NCBI GenBank assembly: GCA_964016885.1 | Contig: OZ024741.1 | Coordinates: 57,164,001-57,228,000 of the forward strand | DNA from: Eledone cirrhosa | Lineage: Eukaryota | Direction: 5' to 3' | Length of the DNA: 64,000 nucleotides | In this document: piece after piece, positions 49,956 to 63,162 of the stretch | Layout of the letters: each line of letters starts with the position of its first letter | How positions within the stretch are numbered: the first letter of the stretch is position 1 | Notes under the pieces: model-generated | What the model was told of the DNA's origin: nothing | What the model saw: the letters and a program-made list of their open reading frames with translations, nothing else | Databases searched by the model: none | Position numbers and translations under genes: made by a program

Positions 49956-49994
49956 AAACGGCTTAAACTATAGAATCTATAGTTTAAGCCGTTT
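49956..49994. repeat. Perfect 19-bp inverted repeat with 1-nt centre
   Basis: AAACGGCTTAAACTATAGA-A-TCTATAGTTTAAGCCGTTT. Confidence 0.9.
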
Positions 49995-50782
49995 ATCTAT
50001 AGTATAGATCCTTTGATCTATAGGAAGGTTTAATAATATTGCGTTAGCTTTTATAAAGTCGTTTTGCAGTCTTTGATTTTACAGAACAAAGAAAGATTGA
50101 TACTATTTGAAAGTAATCTACTCCAGCTTTTATCCATATACTACTTGCAGACCGTACTAACGAAGCATCACTTCAGAAGCAATATTATGCGGTATATTGT
50201 TGCGTTTCAGATGACGTCCTTTGGAGCTGAAAAAGATCATACTGACTATGGTTATTTCACATTTAAAATCCAAGGCTAATTCTACCATTTAATCGGCAGC
50301 CTAATAAGGAAGTTTTATGATTGCTTTTTTTTTTTTTATGCCTCTCTCACACACACACTACGGTCTCACATGTGTTGTCTCGTACCAGACAACACATCCA
50401 ATACAGTTGATTTCTCTTTTATCCGTCTTCTTTTAACTGTTCTCCTGAGCGAAGCCATTGTGGAAATACCCAACGTAGTGGAGAGGTTTGTAGGCTTCTA
50501 TGACCTGTTGTATGATTGATGTGTGTGAATGCAGATTTGGTAATTTTCTTAGTGAGGTCAGAGCAATGTTAAAAACTAAGTTTGTCAGCTTACCAAATTA
50601 AGTTGAAATTTGAAAGAATTGTAGGACTATAGGTACTGGCTCTGAGTCTTTTTCATCATAGCTAAATGTAAGAATCTTTGTTCCAAACACCAGGTTAATG
50701 AGAAAATTGTACTATTAATCCCAACAAATTCTTGATTATTTTCAAAATTAATTGAAAATCACAGGCATCATCTTTCATTGAA

Positions 50783-51144
50783 ATCATCATCATTTCATTT
50801 TACGTCCGCTTTTCCCTGCTTGCAAGGGTGGGACGGGAACTGATTCTGGCTTGATTTCTACAGCTCGATGCCTTTCCTAACACCAACCTCATTACAGTGA
50901 GTGCTGGGTGCTTTTTTTTTCCATGGCGCCTACACGTCCACCTTACAGTGTGGGCTGGGTGCTTTTTTGCAGTGGAATGATAGGGACCCCAGTCCTATCA
51001 TCTCATTTCTACAGCAGAGTGAACTGGAGCAATGTGAAATAAAGTGTCTTGCTCAAGGAAACAACACATCACCCGGTCTGAGAATTGAACTCACAACCTT
51101 TTGATTGCAAGGCCAATGCTCTAACCACTAAGCCATGTGCCCCC
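50783..51144 (-). mobile_element. Full-length SINE family B (tRNA head, CORE-like centre, RTE tail)
   Basis: A-box TGGCTTAGTGG, B-box GAGTTCAATTC, (GAT)n tail. Confidence 0.88.
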
Positions 51145-53909
51145 AAATATGGTGATAAATGGGTCATTTCTACAGTACAGCAATTATGATAAATTCAAAG
51201 GTTTTAATTTTTTTTGTTCCAAAAGAGGCAAGTCAGATGTTATTTATAGCAGATGTGTGTGGTAGTTAGGTGATTGTTGTATAAGCATGTCTGTCACCTA
51301 AATATATTTTGCAGTCTGTTGTAAGAGCCAAAAGACCAGAGATAGATATGAGGGTTACTATAATTTCAGAGGAAGTTGAAGAAACTAGGTTACTAGGATA
51401 TCCTGATTTCATTAAGGTCAGAAGGATGTCATACATACAATACATATTTGTGTGTATTATGACTGTCAATAAACTATCCAACCCACCTCAGCATGGAAAA
51501 GCTAATGTAAAAATAGTGATAATGATGATAGACATAAAAATTACAATTGAAATCAAAGTGTATGATGCTATTAAGGTTAACTTTATTAATTTCAGATATG
51601 TTGAGAGATGAGCCCTCTTACTCTATTTCTGATGAAAGAAACTGCTCGTGATTTCCAAATAATTTTTTAAATAATCAAAGTTTTGGAGGGATTTAGTAAT
51701 ATAACTATCTGTCCCATTATAAACATGGTGTTTGGAACATAACTTAATAAAGGTTCTTACATAAAATTATAATGGAATGTTTAAATTAAAATAGAAACAC
51801 TTTAAAGTAAACAGCTTTGTGTCATAGAACCAAAAACAGCTTCAGGTAGGTTGGTATTAAAAAAATACTTAGTTAATCCCAGCTTGGAAATAGAAATTAA
51901 TCTACTGAGAGTGATAACATTTAGATCCCGTGAGATTATCATCTTTATTCTAAAGTGTATGTATTACATAATAGTAATGATAAATCTATAATAATTGCCT
52001 TTTTTATCTATACAATATACTTAAGCTGACTAGCTATTAAATTTCTCCCCCACTACTACCAATACACTTTACCCTTCTCCATCTCAGGCCCCTTTCAGTC
52101 ATGAATTACCATGGGTTTGCACCTGGAAAGTTCCCCTCCTAGACACAAGCCTGGGCAAGGTGTACTTGTGGAAGACCTGTAGTCACCCATGCACACCCAT
52201 CTTTACTCTCCCATCATTGATGTTGTTCAAGAAAAAGGCAGTCAAAACAGCTTGGCACCAGTCATTTCGGAACTCGTATTTTTCAAACTTGGTGAACTGG
52301 AACAATGTAAATTAAAGTGTCTTGTTCAAGAACACAATGCAGTGCCTAGTCTGGGAATCAAACTCACAACCTCACAATTTGAGCCCACTGCTCTAACCAT
52401 TAAGCCATGCAACTTCTCTTTAGACTCTCATTAATACCTTAAACTAGAGAGGTAAATCAATTTCAAGATAAAAGTGCATGCATTTTATGCTGTATTCTGA
52501 TTAATATTTATTTATTTATTTTGTTTATATTATAATATAGCCATCCTATAACATCCCAAGAGCATAAAAATTAATTCTTTTGATACTAATACACCTGAAA
52601 TTGTCCCTGGTTTTACGCTACAAAACTATTCATTTTAAATTTTTTATTTATCTAAAGAACCTTAAAACACAAGCTTAATAAGAAAGTTAATTATATTACA
52701 TCATCATTCCAAATTCTTGAGCAGTTTCAAAACTAATTAAATATCTTTGGCAATTTATTTATTTCATTAGAAATATGATAACGAAAGAGTTGAATAGAAT
52801 TGTCTCCATATGTAAATGGTTTAATTTGAATGAAGAATACGACACAGTGAATTGAATTAAATACCTTTCACAACCAGTCAGAATTGCTTTGATTCATGTC
52901 ATACATCATATTTTCATTTCAATTGTAATTTTTATATGCATCTATCATCATCATCATTTTTTATGTTAGCTTTTCCATACCAGCATGGGTTGGATATGAA
53001 TTGTGAGACAGTGATCTTGACACCAACCCTTTTAGTCTCCTTTTATGTCAGTGTTGTAGTGTATTTTATTCTAAAAAGTGGGATAAGTCATGACCATCGT
53101 AAATTCTACTCATATACTGTACATACACATTCAAATCCATGCTATGTCATCATTGTATGTCTACTTTTCCATTGGCATGGGTTGGACAAAACGTTTTGAT
53201 GTAGTTACTTTTTCTTCAATCATACACTCTTTCTGAGACCAACCCATTATCTAATCTTTGATTATCATCAGGTATTTTATTCCTGTATGTGTACATAGTT
53301 TGAATCTTGCCTGGTGCTATGAACCTTTATTTCTGAACTAGGGATAATCTCATGATGCACTGGGTCAAATGAAACTATTAGCAAGAGATTCTTGAAAAGT
53401 ACAAAACAGCAGTACAACTGAATCATATCAAAAATTAAAGTTGTTACTCTAATATTTGAATTAACAAACCCTTTAGATATTTTCTGCTAAGTCATTTCAA
53501 AATGTTGAGACTTAATACTGCAAATTTTCACTTGTCTACTAATAAAGATACTATAAACATTTAAATTTATACAACCCATTTTTAGACATTAACCCTTCAG
53601 CATTCACATAACTCTATATTTACTATTATATTTACATGGTAAAGGCTTTACCATGTATAATTATCTCACATAACATCGAATTTACGAGATTTTGATATTA
53701 TTTATTTTGGGAACAATACCTTAACATTGGTGTGAGTGGCTGATTTGAACAGAAAGGTGAGAGAATTCTGGCCAGATATGGCCGGTTTAAATGCTAAAGA
53801 GTTAAGATGTTAGTATATTTTTAACTCTTAACTAAGTGTTTTGATAAATATAAACAACTTAACATTCATTTGACATTATCTAATCTTATCCTCTCTTCTC
53901 TCCTCTTAG

Positions 53910-54134
53910 GTGGTTGATGAAATGTCTGGATGTATATGTAACCGGAATCCAAAGCGTGTGTTGTGTCCTGTGTGTGGTTACAATATTCAAGGAAGAGTGC
54001 GGCAGACTTGTGCCTGGCATCCCAATGTTGTTCACCTCATGGACATAGGAGCATGTCCAAACTGTAAAGCTACTTGTCTGCGTGAAATTCAACCACAGCC
54101 ACATCGCAACAACAGGAACACAGCCCCCCACTAA
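53910..54134 (+). CDS. Terminal coding exon of a small Cys/His-rich, putative zinc-binding protein (resembles insect CG13380-like uncharacterised proteins)
   Basis: Polypyrimidine tract + TAG acceptor at 53909; CxC-R..CxxCG....GRV...CxxHP....LMD...CPxC; family resemblance is recollection. Confidence 0.8.
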   Translation: MVDEMSGCICNRNPKRVLCPVCGYNIQGRVRQTCAWHPNVVHLMDIGACPNCKATCLREIQPQPHRNNRNTAPH

Positions 54135-57100
54135 CAGTTGGCTGCATCCATCCATATAAACCAAAACAAATGGTTTAGAGAAAAAAGATATATTGATTGG
54201 TTTTTTAAATATCAACCTTTCTTCTTTCTTTCCTCCTCTCTCTCCTCATTCCCTGTCTATCACACACCACACGCACACGCACACGCACACACACAGAGAT
54301 ATACACATACATACTATACTCTATTCTCACTTCCTCTTCCTTTCTCAATCTCTCTTTGCTCTATCAGCTTGTTATCTAACTACCTCTACCTCACTCTCCT
54401 TACTATACTGTCTCTCTCTTCACTATGGACCACAACTCATTGTTGGTGCTACTGAAGGTCGATGGAGGAGATTATGTTCTCTGTATACCATGTAAATAAT
54501 GGACTGACTCAGTGATGTAATGGGGAAGCAGGATGATGAAGAGGAGGAGAAAGAGACCCCATTACGATATAGGTGAGGGATGATAGATTGTAAAATTAAA
54601 ATAAATGGTTTAATCCTTTTGTAAACATATTCACCACTGTTTTACATGTTCATAACTGGTATGAATTAGACATACTGTCAGTTTCTAGGATTTGACAGGT
54701 CAGGTGACCATGTCTTGCTCATATGTTCCATTTTGGGCTTAGTTTCTATGGCTGGATGCCCTTTCTAATGCCAATCATTTTACAGCTTGTACTGGGTGCT
54801 TTTTATCTGGCACCAGCACTATTTATTTTACAGGCTGGACTGAGTGATTCTTTCCTCCCTCTCCCCACAATGTTTGGAAACCATAAAAAGGGTCACAGGC
54901 ACTGATCTTCCTCTGACTAAACATTTTTAAAAATCCTTACTTTTACCAGAACCACAATAGACAAATGATCGCATGACGTTGACAGAATTGTTAGAGCATT
55001 GGATTAAATGCTTTGGTATTTGTTCTGGGTACAAATCTTACTGAGGTCATCTTTGCCTTTTATCCTTTCAGGGTTGGTTAAATAAAATAATAGTCGAGGG
55101 TGTTGAAAAGTTGGTTGAGTTGTTTTGCAATAGCTGTTCCAGTGCTCTCTGTGTCCTGAGTTCAATTTCTGTCTCTGCCAGGAGCTGTGACTAGCAGTGG
55201 AAAGACAGGACATAGTTCCCTTGATCCTATCTGACAATCGGCTCCTTTCTTTTTAATACTATCTTTCATGTGTGGTAGAGCATTGGATAAAAAGCTTTTG
55301 CAGTATTTCTTCTGGCTCTGAACATTGTGGGTTTAAACCCAATTGAAGTCAACTTTGCCTTTCATGCTTCTGGGTTTGATACAATAAAGTACCAGTCAAG
55401 TACTGGGGTTGATTTAATCAACTTTACCCATCCCCCAATTTGTTGGCCTTGTGCTTAAATTAGAAATCAATATTATCTTTTGTGTACTAATGAGATTCCA
55501 GTCCAGAATTTGAATTTTAAAATAAACACTGTAACAGAAAGTGTTTCAGTCAGTTTCATCATTAAAGGGGTGTCAGAATACAAATCTCTCTCTCTCCTTC
55601 CTTTTTTCTTTGTGTGTGTGTGTGTGAGATGTATTGGTTGTGCTTGTAGAGGAATAAACTATCTTCTTCTCCCCGGTGCCAATACAAGCAGCCTAGAAGT
55701 AAACCAAGCTGCACATGCACACACACATGCTGTCAGAGTGACTTAATGTTTTGTATTTTTGTACATTTGCATAATTATAAGAATTTGTGTGGCATATTCA
55801 CACATATATACCACATTCTGTGCAACCTTCATTTATATTGATATTACTGAGATGCTTACATTTGTGCACACACACACATCTTTGTGCAGGCTTGCACACA
55901 CTTATCTATCTAGATATGATTACATATATCTAAAAGCACCATTGTGCAGGCAAGTGCATACACACACACACACTGAGATGCACACATCCATACACGTCTA
56001 CTTAAGCTCGTATGTACTCAAACTTGCACGCATTATGTGTTCATATGCATATACACACATGCCTACTAACACAAATTATATCCTTAAATATAGAGAAGCC
56101 CTCATATTTATAACAGATATACACACACACACACATATATACATACAATATACACACCTGGTTATTGACCGCATACCTATATATATACATAGATGTGAAT
56201 TTACCACATATCTATATATACATGTGATTATTTGCTGCTGAAATTGATTTTTTTTCTTTTGATTTTTTTAGTTTTCCAACCAAGTTGACTGCACCAGTGT
56301 TTATAAAATAAAAATATTCATATATGAATGTATAAATACTGTATCTTTTTTATATTTAAATTGATATATAAATACTAATTTATCAATATAAATAAATTTC
56401 TGTGCATAAACATAACTTATATAATTAAAGCTTTTTGTTGTTTTTAACTATATTTTACTCAAGATTATCCCTTTCATTACCATATTTATATTGAATTAAT
56501 GAACAATTTAGAGAAATTTACTAATGTTATTGATTATTCCATTATCATGATGGCAATTGTAATTTATAAGGGTCTTATATCAAACTTTATTGGAAGGCTT
56601 TAATTTAAATAGAAACACTTTGAAATAGGTGTTTTTTTTGGGGGGGGGGGGGTTTGTTTTGTTTTTTTATAGTTTAGTCAGAAGAGGAAGGAAGGGGAGT
56701 GTCCATACACCTTTTGAGGAAGTTATACTTAGGGGCTAATGTGTATAACAGTCACTTTTGCTAGACATTTATGGACCATGGGATAGTGTGAAAACTGGGC
56801 AATGAATTTACTCTTTTCATACCAAATCACCTGACTAGAAAGAAACCAGCTAATCTCTTAACCTGTAAACCTGTTCTTCAGTGTTATGATTAACTGTAAG
56901 ATGAACTCTAGAATGTTAGCTGTTGATAAATATACTGAGTTAAGTCATACAATAACTAATGCTAAACATTATAAGAATTAACCCAGTTAATACTAAACTG
57001 CTCTACAATACTAAGTTTGTTTTAAAGTGTTTATATTTATCTAAAAACCTTCTTTCATAATTTTATGTTTAGCACCTTTTAAAAATTATTTTGCAAGCAC

Positions 57101-57809
57101 CAGTTTAATAATGAGAAAGTTATATTTTTAATTCTTAATTATCTAAAAATTAAAGGCAGTGTTTTTTTTTTTGTTAGAGATATGGTTTAACCAGAGACAG
57201 AAAAGGTACACTGAAATGATAGACTTTAAGAAAAATGTTTTAGTTAATTTAGGATATCTTGCAACTAATTAGAATGCAGAAATTTGGATGTGATTTTTTT
57301 TTTTTTTTTTAAATACTAGTGGTCTCTCATTCTTGATGTTGCTTTGACTTCAGTGAAGACTTAAACTATTGTATGATATAAGATTCCTAGCAAGCTCATC
57401 AAACCTGAATTTTGATCTGTGTCAATGGGGCTTTCTGCATTTTACATTTTACTAACTTTGGTGTAGCTTTAAATGTGTGTATTCAGTTTACAATAAGTAC
57501 ACTATCCCTGTGTGTTGTGATAAGTAACTAAAATGGTTGGTACCAGGAGGAACATCTGGCTGTAAAACATTACCTCAAAAAGAGCCCCACAATGAAGAGG
57601 AAATTGATCATGGGACCAGCAAGACTAACCCCTGCTTTAGCAGAGAAAATTGCCTAACAAGGCTTGGTGTAGTCTTAGGTGTTTACTGTAATGTCTAGGA
57701 GATATCTAACACCATAAACTCCTAATAAAGATATTGTCATTCCTTTCTGATTATCTTCCTACATGAAGGCATTATCAGCAACAGAAAACCACTAGCTGAC
57801 CCTCTACAG

Positions 57810-57820
57810 CAGGGGTTCCC

Positions 57821-57856
<36 letters not shown>

Positions 57857-58151
57857 CCCCCACTGTGGACCACAATCTTTTAAATCTTTTGTAATAGAAC
57901 TGCTATTTATAAGCATCAGATGTTTTTTTTTTTTTTGTTTTTTTGTTTTTTCAATGAATTAGAAAATGCTATTATCATGTTGCAGTGCCTAAAAATCTAG
58001 GCAAATAAACAGCTGAAGTCGTACTTATGTGAAGAATAAGAACAGCGCTTTAAGTCAAATGCATGGATCAAAAAAGAATTTGCTATTGAAAATTTTCTGT
58101 GGGCCACCTGAATTTTCCTGTGGTCCACATGGACCAGGTTGAGAAACCCTG
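57810..58151. mobile_element. hAT (Charlie-like) MITE
   Basis: TIRs CAGGGGTTCCCAAC / GTTGAGAAACCCTG; 8-bp TSD CTCTACAG/CTCTAAAG. Confidence 0.85.
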
Positions 58152-58871
58152 CTCTAAAGGATTCCTCAATCTGTTATATATAACTGCTAAATTCCCACAA
58201 AGCATACATTACCTTAGAGTGAGGAAAGACGCATTAGATAATGTAGTCTTTGATATATAAATATATGGTAAATTTAAAATGAAGTCCCAGTCAATTGCGA
58301 GCAATATAGAAGGTCAGATGTTGAAAATACTAAGCAAAGACAAACAGGACAAAATGCTAAGTAATCCCCAGTGAGTCCTTTTCTGTAAATGTAAATGGCG
58401 AGACGTGGTGATCTGTAACTCTGAGTACCCCCATGCTGTACAAGCATGTTGGAAGTCAGATTAGTTGAAAACATGAAAAAAAATGTTCTCATCACAAATG
58501 TTTGAAAATTTCTAGATGTGCAGTTGATTGGCATTCATTCTGTAGTGAAGTTAGACATGTGGTTTACATAACAGGATCGTATGGGCAGGGAAGATGTTGA
58601 AGTTGATGAAACTTTGATAGTTTTCGGGGGGAAAGGTTTTTGCAATGCTTTGGAAGGTCGGATTAGTTGAATGCACACGAAGAGAAAAAAAATTGAAAAA
58701 AACATTTTTTTCTAACAGAATTGGAGACAAGTGTTTTATCGGAAATTTACCAAAAGGATAATTTTCCATGGAGGAATGTATGCTTTGTCTAAGGAAACAG
58801 AATAGCTACAATATCGTCTTAGGAACATCATAACTCTTTCTACACTGCCACAAATATTGCTATTTTGTGAC

Positions 58872-59043
58872 CAGTGCTGGAATTACCATTGTGCTTAGGT
58901 GTGCTTAAGCACAAGGTCCCATTGGGCAGGGGCATTTTCCTGACAAAAATTTTTTTTTTAATGGGCCTACCTCCTTCAGGGCCAAAGTAAGAGGCCTCAT
59001 AACTTAACTAGCACAGGTCCTCATTTGTCCTAATCTGGCACTG
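58872..59043. mobile_element. hAT-like MITE
   Basis: Imperfect TIRs CAGTGCTGGA / TCTGGCACTG; no clear TSD. Confidence 0.5.
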
Positions 59044-61551
59044 GTCATTACAATGGAATGTGATGAGATGACACATAATCAAAATTCTAAAAAGCTCCAT
59101 CTTTATCAACGTGCAGGGTCAAATTGTAACAAAGTAGTAGTAGTAGGAGAGTAGCGGCGAAAATGAAACCTTGATCGTTTTTTGAGGAAAACCAGATTGC
59201 TGAAACCTCTTACCCTCCTACGACCTGCTACTCATGCTATTTTTAGGCCATAAAAACTTTTGTATATTTTTTTATCATTGTATTGAGCAACTTTCTTTTC
59301 CATGTTATAAAATAAAATTACAGAAAGACTCAGATTTTTTTTTCTCCACTGAAACTTATATTTATATCAAAATACTCAGATATATTCATAGGATAATAAA
59401 GAATTAAATATTTAGACAAATATACAGAAAAAGAAGCAGGATTGGAAAAGGACTAAATGCCATAAATGAGATGGAAAAGGGGGGGGGGGTACTATTAAGC
59501 AGCAGAAGAAGGGAAGGGAAAAAGGTAACAGACTCTACACCTAGGTCAGAGCAGTGTTTTGGCTGCGTCCCTCCTCCCGTGGACAATGACCAACAACAAC
59601 CACCCCACTCCCTCCAGTATTCCCACGCTCTCTGTTTTTGTGGGAGGAACCTGCTGTGTTCAGACCTAAAGAAGACTGGACTCTGCACGGTTTAAACGCC
59701 AAAGACACTGTTACTACGGTTTTTTATCATTCAAATGCTCAGCATTTGATTTAAAGTAGGAAACAAGGGAAATAATTCCATATATAATATATGTTATTTA
59801 CCCTTCCTTATACAAGACACGTTCTCGACTTCGTTACAACTAGCATCTGGAGAATTTTCTTTTTTACTCTTCGTTGAATAATACCTTATTATAGGAATAA
59901 ATAATTATATTTCTTATGAGAACTCAAAACTAAATATTCAGTTTGGCACTCAGTGACACGTAACATTTTTTAATGGGTAGTTGGGACTCGATTTAGAGAT
60001 AATTGTTTCTACTTTTGGCACAAGGCCAGCAATTATCCCAGTGTATTACTGGTACTTTATTTTATCGACCCCGTAAGGATGAAAGGCAAAGTTAACCTCG
60101 GCGGGATTTGAACTCAGAATGGCAAGGGCCGTAACTCTATGCGTCAAAGCATGGCGTCCGACCCTCTACCAATACTGCCAATCCAGTACCCATTTAGTGA
60201 TAATAATGGGTTGATAACATTGCCTGTAATTATAATAGTTTCTGATTTAGGCACAAAGCCAACAATTTGGGGGGAGGGAGACGTCGATTAAATCGACCCC
60301 AGTGTGTTAGTGGTGCTTTATTTTATCGACCCTGTAAGGATGAAAGGCAAAGCTAACCTCAACGGGATTTGAACGCAGAACGTAAAGGGATGTATGTACC
60401 ACAAAGCATGTTATCTGGCGCGCTACCGATACTGCCAATCCACCACCAATTCTAGTCAGCAACAATCCAAAAGTTGTTTTTTATTCCATTTCCCCATCTC
60501 CTGTCAAAGTCAGGAATAGTGTGTTACTCCGTCGGTTAAGCATCAGAAGAAAAAAAATGTGGATGGCAGGAGTGGTAGAGCGTTGGACAATATACTTCGC
60601 AGCATAGAGTTACGTCCCTTTACGTTCCGAGTTCAAATCCCACCGAGGTTAACTTTGCCTTTCATCCTTACGGGGTCGATAAAATAAAGTACCAGTAATA
60701 CACTGGGTATTTTGCTGGCTTTGTGCCAAAAGTAGAAACACTTATTTGGTTACTGCACTATATATTGCCGAAATGTTTAAGTTCACCTCATAATGAGGAA
60801 GTCCCAGGTGAGCAAGTAAGTATGGTAACCATAGCCATAGGTCGATATAAGGCAGGTGAGATCTGTCTTTTAATTGCTAGAAATAGCAGCCAATTGCAGA
60901 AGGCCAATGTGTATGTGTGTGTGTTCTGGACTTACACAATTCTATCTTTAGCAATTAAAAGGCATTTTCATTTTGTGATTATCACACATACATATATATA
61001 TACACACATACACACACAAACACACATATATATATATACACACACACAAACACAGTGAAAGAGTAGACGCACGCGCGCGCAAACATACGCGACACTTATC
61101 TATTTATTCATTGCTATCTACCACACATATATAAATATCATCATCATCGTTTAACGTCCATTTTCCACGCTAGCATGTGTATACATACATGCACACACAC
61201 ACATTTTTATGTAAATGTGTGTGTAATATTATCATCATATGCAAACAATATGCAATAAAACTTTTCCAGATTTCAAAAATGTTATGCAAAAGAAAAACAT
61301 AAGAATTGTTTTCAAGGGAAACTACAAGGTTTTATTTCACATTTACCTGATTGTCTCCCTTAGAGTGTGTATGTATACTCATGCTATGTATCTTGGATTT
61401 ATATATACGTGGATTATAAATATACATTTGGCTGCTATTTCTAGCAATTAATCACTATATAAATGCTCCAATTACATACATACATACATATATATAAGCT
61501 CTGTAGCCTACATAGAGCACTTTTTTTCCTGTACCTTTCCTACGGAAATAC

Positions 61552-61585
<34 letters not shown>

Positions 61586-61669
61586 AAAGGTAAACAGAAA
61601 TAACGACACAATCGATACAGTATATGGCAGGAATATATTAGGTTAACGCTTGAAATAGCAGGAAGGGTG

Positions 61670-61705
61670 TCTTAACGTTTCGGACGCTAGTCCTTCATCA
61701 GAAGA
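61670..61705 (-). ncRNA. Minimal type I hammerhead ribozyme (element ~61583-61795)
   Basis: TCTT-CTGATGA-aGGAC tagc GTCC-GAAA-cg-TT^AAGA; palindromic AACGTT. Confidence 0.8.
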
Positions 61706-61804
61706 AAGAATAAGAAATAAGATAGATTGCAGGGACGTGCGGGGTGGAATTGGAAAAAATGTCTTTAGATAAAAATAACAGGTCCATTCATGTTGACATC
61801 TGTC

Positions 61805-62067
61805 GATAGGTTAAGCCTTTATTACGCTTATAGGTTGGTGACGCGCGTTTCGCTATTGATCAGCTCAAGGTTCGATCTGGACTAATTCTGGAATCAAAAG
61901 GTCGTCGGACGAGCTTTAGATTCCAGAGTCAGGCCAGATCGAACCTTGAGCTGATCAATAGTGAAACGTGCGTCACCAACCAATAAACGTAATGAAGGCT
62001 TAACCAATCATCCTTGTATCGAGTGCTCACCTGGGTGAACCTACAGTAACTTCGCGTTACACTCTCT

Positions 62068-62070
<3 letters not shown>
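61805..62070 (+). mobile_element. Mini-PLE hairpin (arms 61805-61895/61919-62009, tail 62010-62070) with 3' half-hammerhead
   Basis: GAAA-cgcgcg-TC in the arms; tail carries TCGAGTGCT; (TA)n on the right. Confidence 0.78.
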
Positions 62071-62148
<78 letters not shown>

Positions 62149-62152
<4 letters not shown>

Positions 62153-62341
62153 AAAAGAGTCAGAAACCCGACGGCTGAACTCCGGCCATTTCGACAGCTA
62201 GATCAGTTCGGATCTAGCTGTCGAACGGCCGGATTCAGCCGTCGGGTTTCTGACTCTTTTCCTATTATCCACTCTACTACCCTAAGTATCGACTACTCTG
62301 GTACGTTATGGTCCACCTGGTATTTTACCACACCTTCTTTG

Positions 62342-62343
<2 letters not shown>
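62149..62343 (+). mobile_element. Mini-PLE hairpin, PLE1-related family (arms 62149-62204/62211-62264, tail 62265-62343)
   Basis: Colinear with 4625-4826; (TA)n on both sides. Confidence 0.85.
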
Positions 62344-62379
<36 letters not shown>

Positions 62380-62851
62380 TCATCATCATCTATTAACGTC
62401 CATCTTCCATGCTAGCATGGGTCAGACGGGTCCCATTTAGAGGCAAGTTTGGCTGGGTGACCGTGTCTTGCCATATATATATAGAGAGAGAGTGGGGGGG
62501 GGTTTAGATGTATATGTATATATATATATACACATACACAAATACACATATCTATATGGTGTCACGCAGTAATACAGAAGAGGCGACTTCCCATGAGTAC
62601 AAGCCGAAGCTGAAACATAGACAATATTTCCCCCACCCCCTCCCACTGTAAAGTGGTCATGTAGGCGCCACGGAAAAAAAGCACCCAGCACTCACTCTAA
62701 ATAAGGTTGGTGTTCGGAAGGGCATCCAGCTGTAGAAATCAAGCCAGAATCAGTTCCTGTATGAGCAAGACAAGGTTAGCTGACCGGGCACTGCCCACAA
62801 CAAGAAAACCTGTCTAACCCATGCTAGCGTGGAAGAATGGATGTAAAACAG

Positions 62852-62909
<58 letters not shown>

Positions 62910-63088
62910 ACACAGACATATATGCATACATATAGCATATGTGCGCTAGCAGCCGAAGTATACAGTAAAGTTATATCAGTATAAATAGAGTGGGTAACCG
63001 AGACTGCACCAATGTGTATATAAATATATATATATACACATATCAAAATGAAAATCCGAAGGCAAGGTAAAATTTCCAATCATTTTAA

Positions 63089-63162
63089 TCACGACACATG
63101 TTTCAATAAAAAATAGATCGATCGTGAAGCCATGATCGATTATCACTGATCTCGTCAGGTGA
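63089..63162 (-). ncRNA. Type I hammerhead ribozyme at the 3' end of an element probably extending past the window
   Basis: TCAC-CTGACGA-long stem II (ATCGATCATG/CACGATCGAT)-GAAA-catgtg-TC^GTGA. Confidence 0.82.

Noticed and set aside
50783-51144. tRNA genes
   Set aside because: A/B boxes belong to SINE heads; no complete cloverleaf was seen, and each continues into a SINE body
45400-51645. Isolated CTGATGA words (about 45404, 45591, 51629)
   Set aside because: No compatible stem II/GAAA/stem I pairing found
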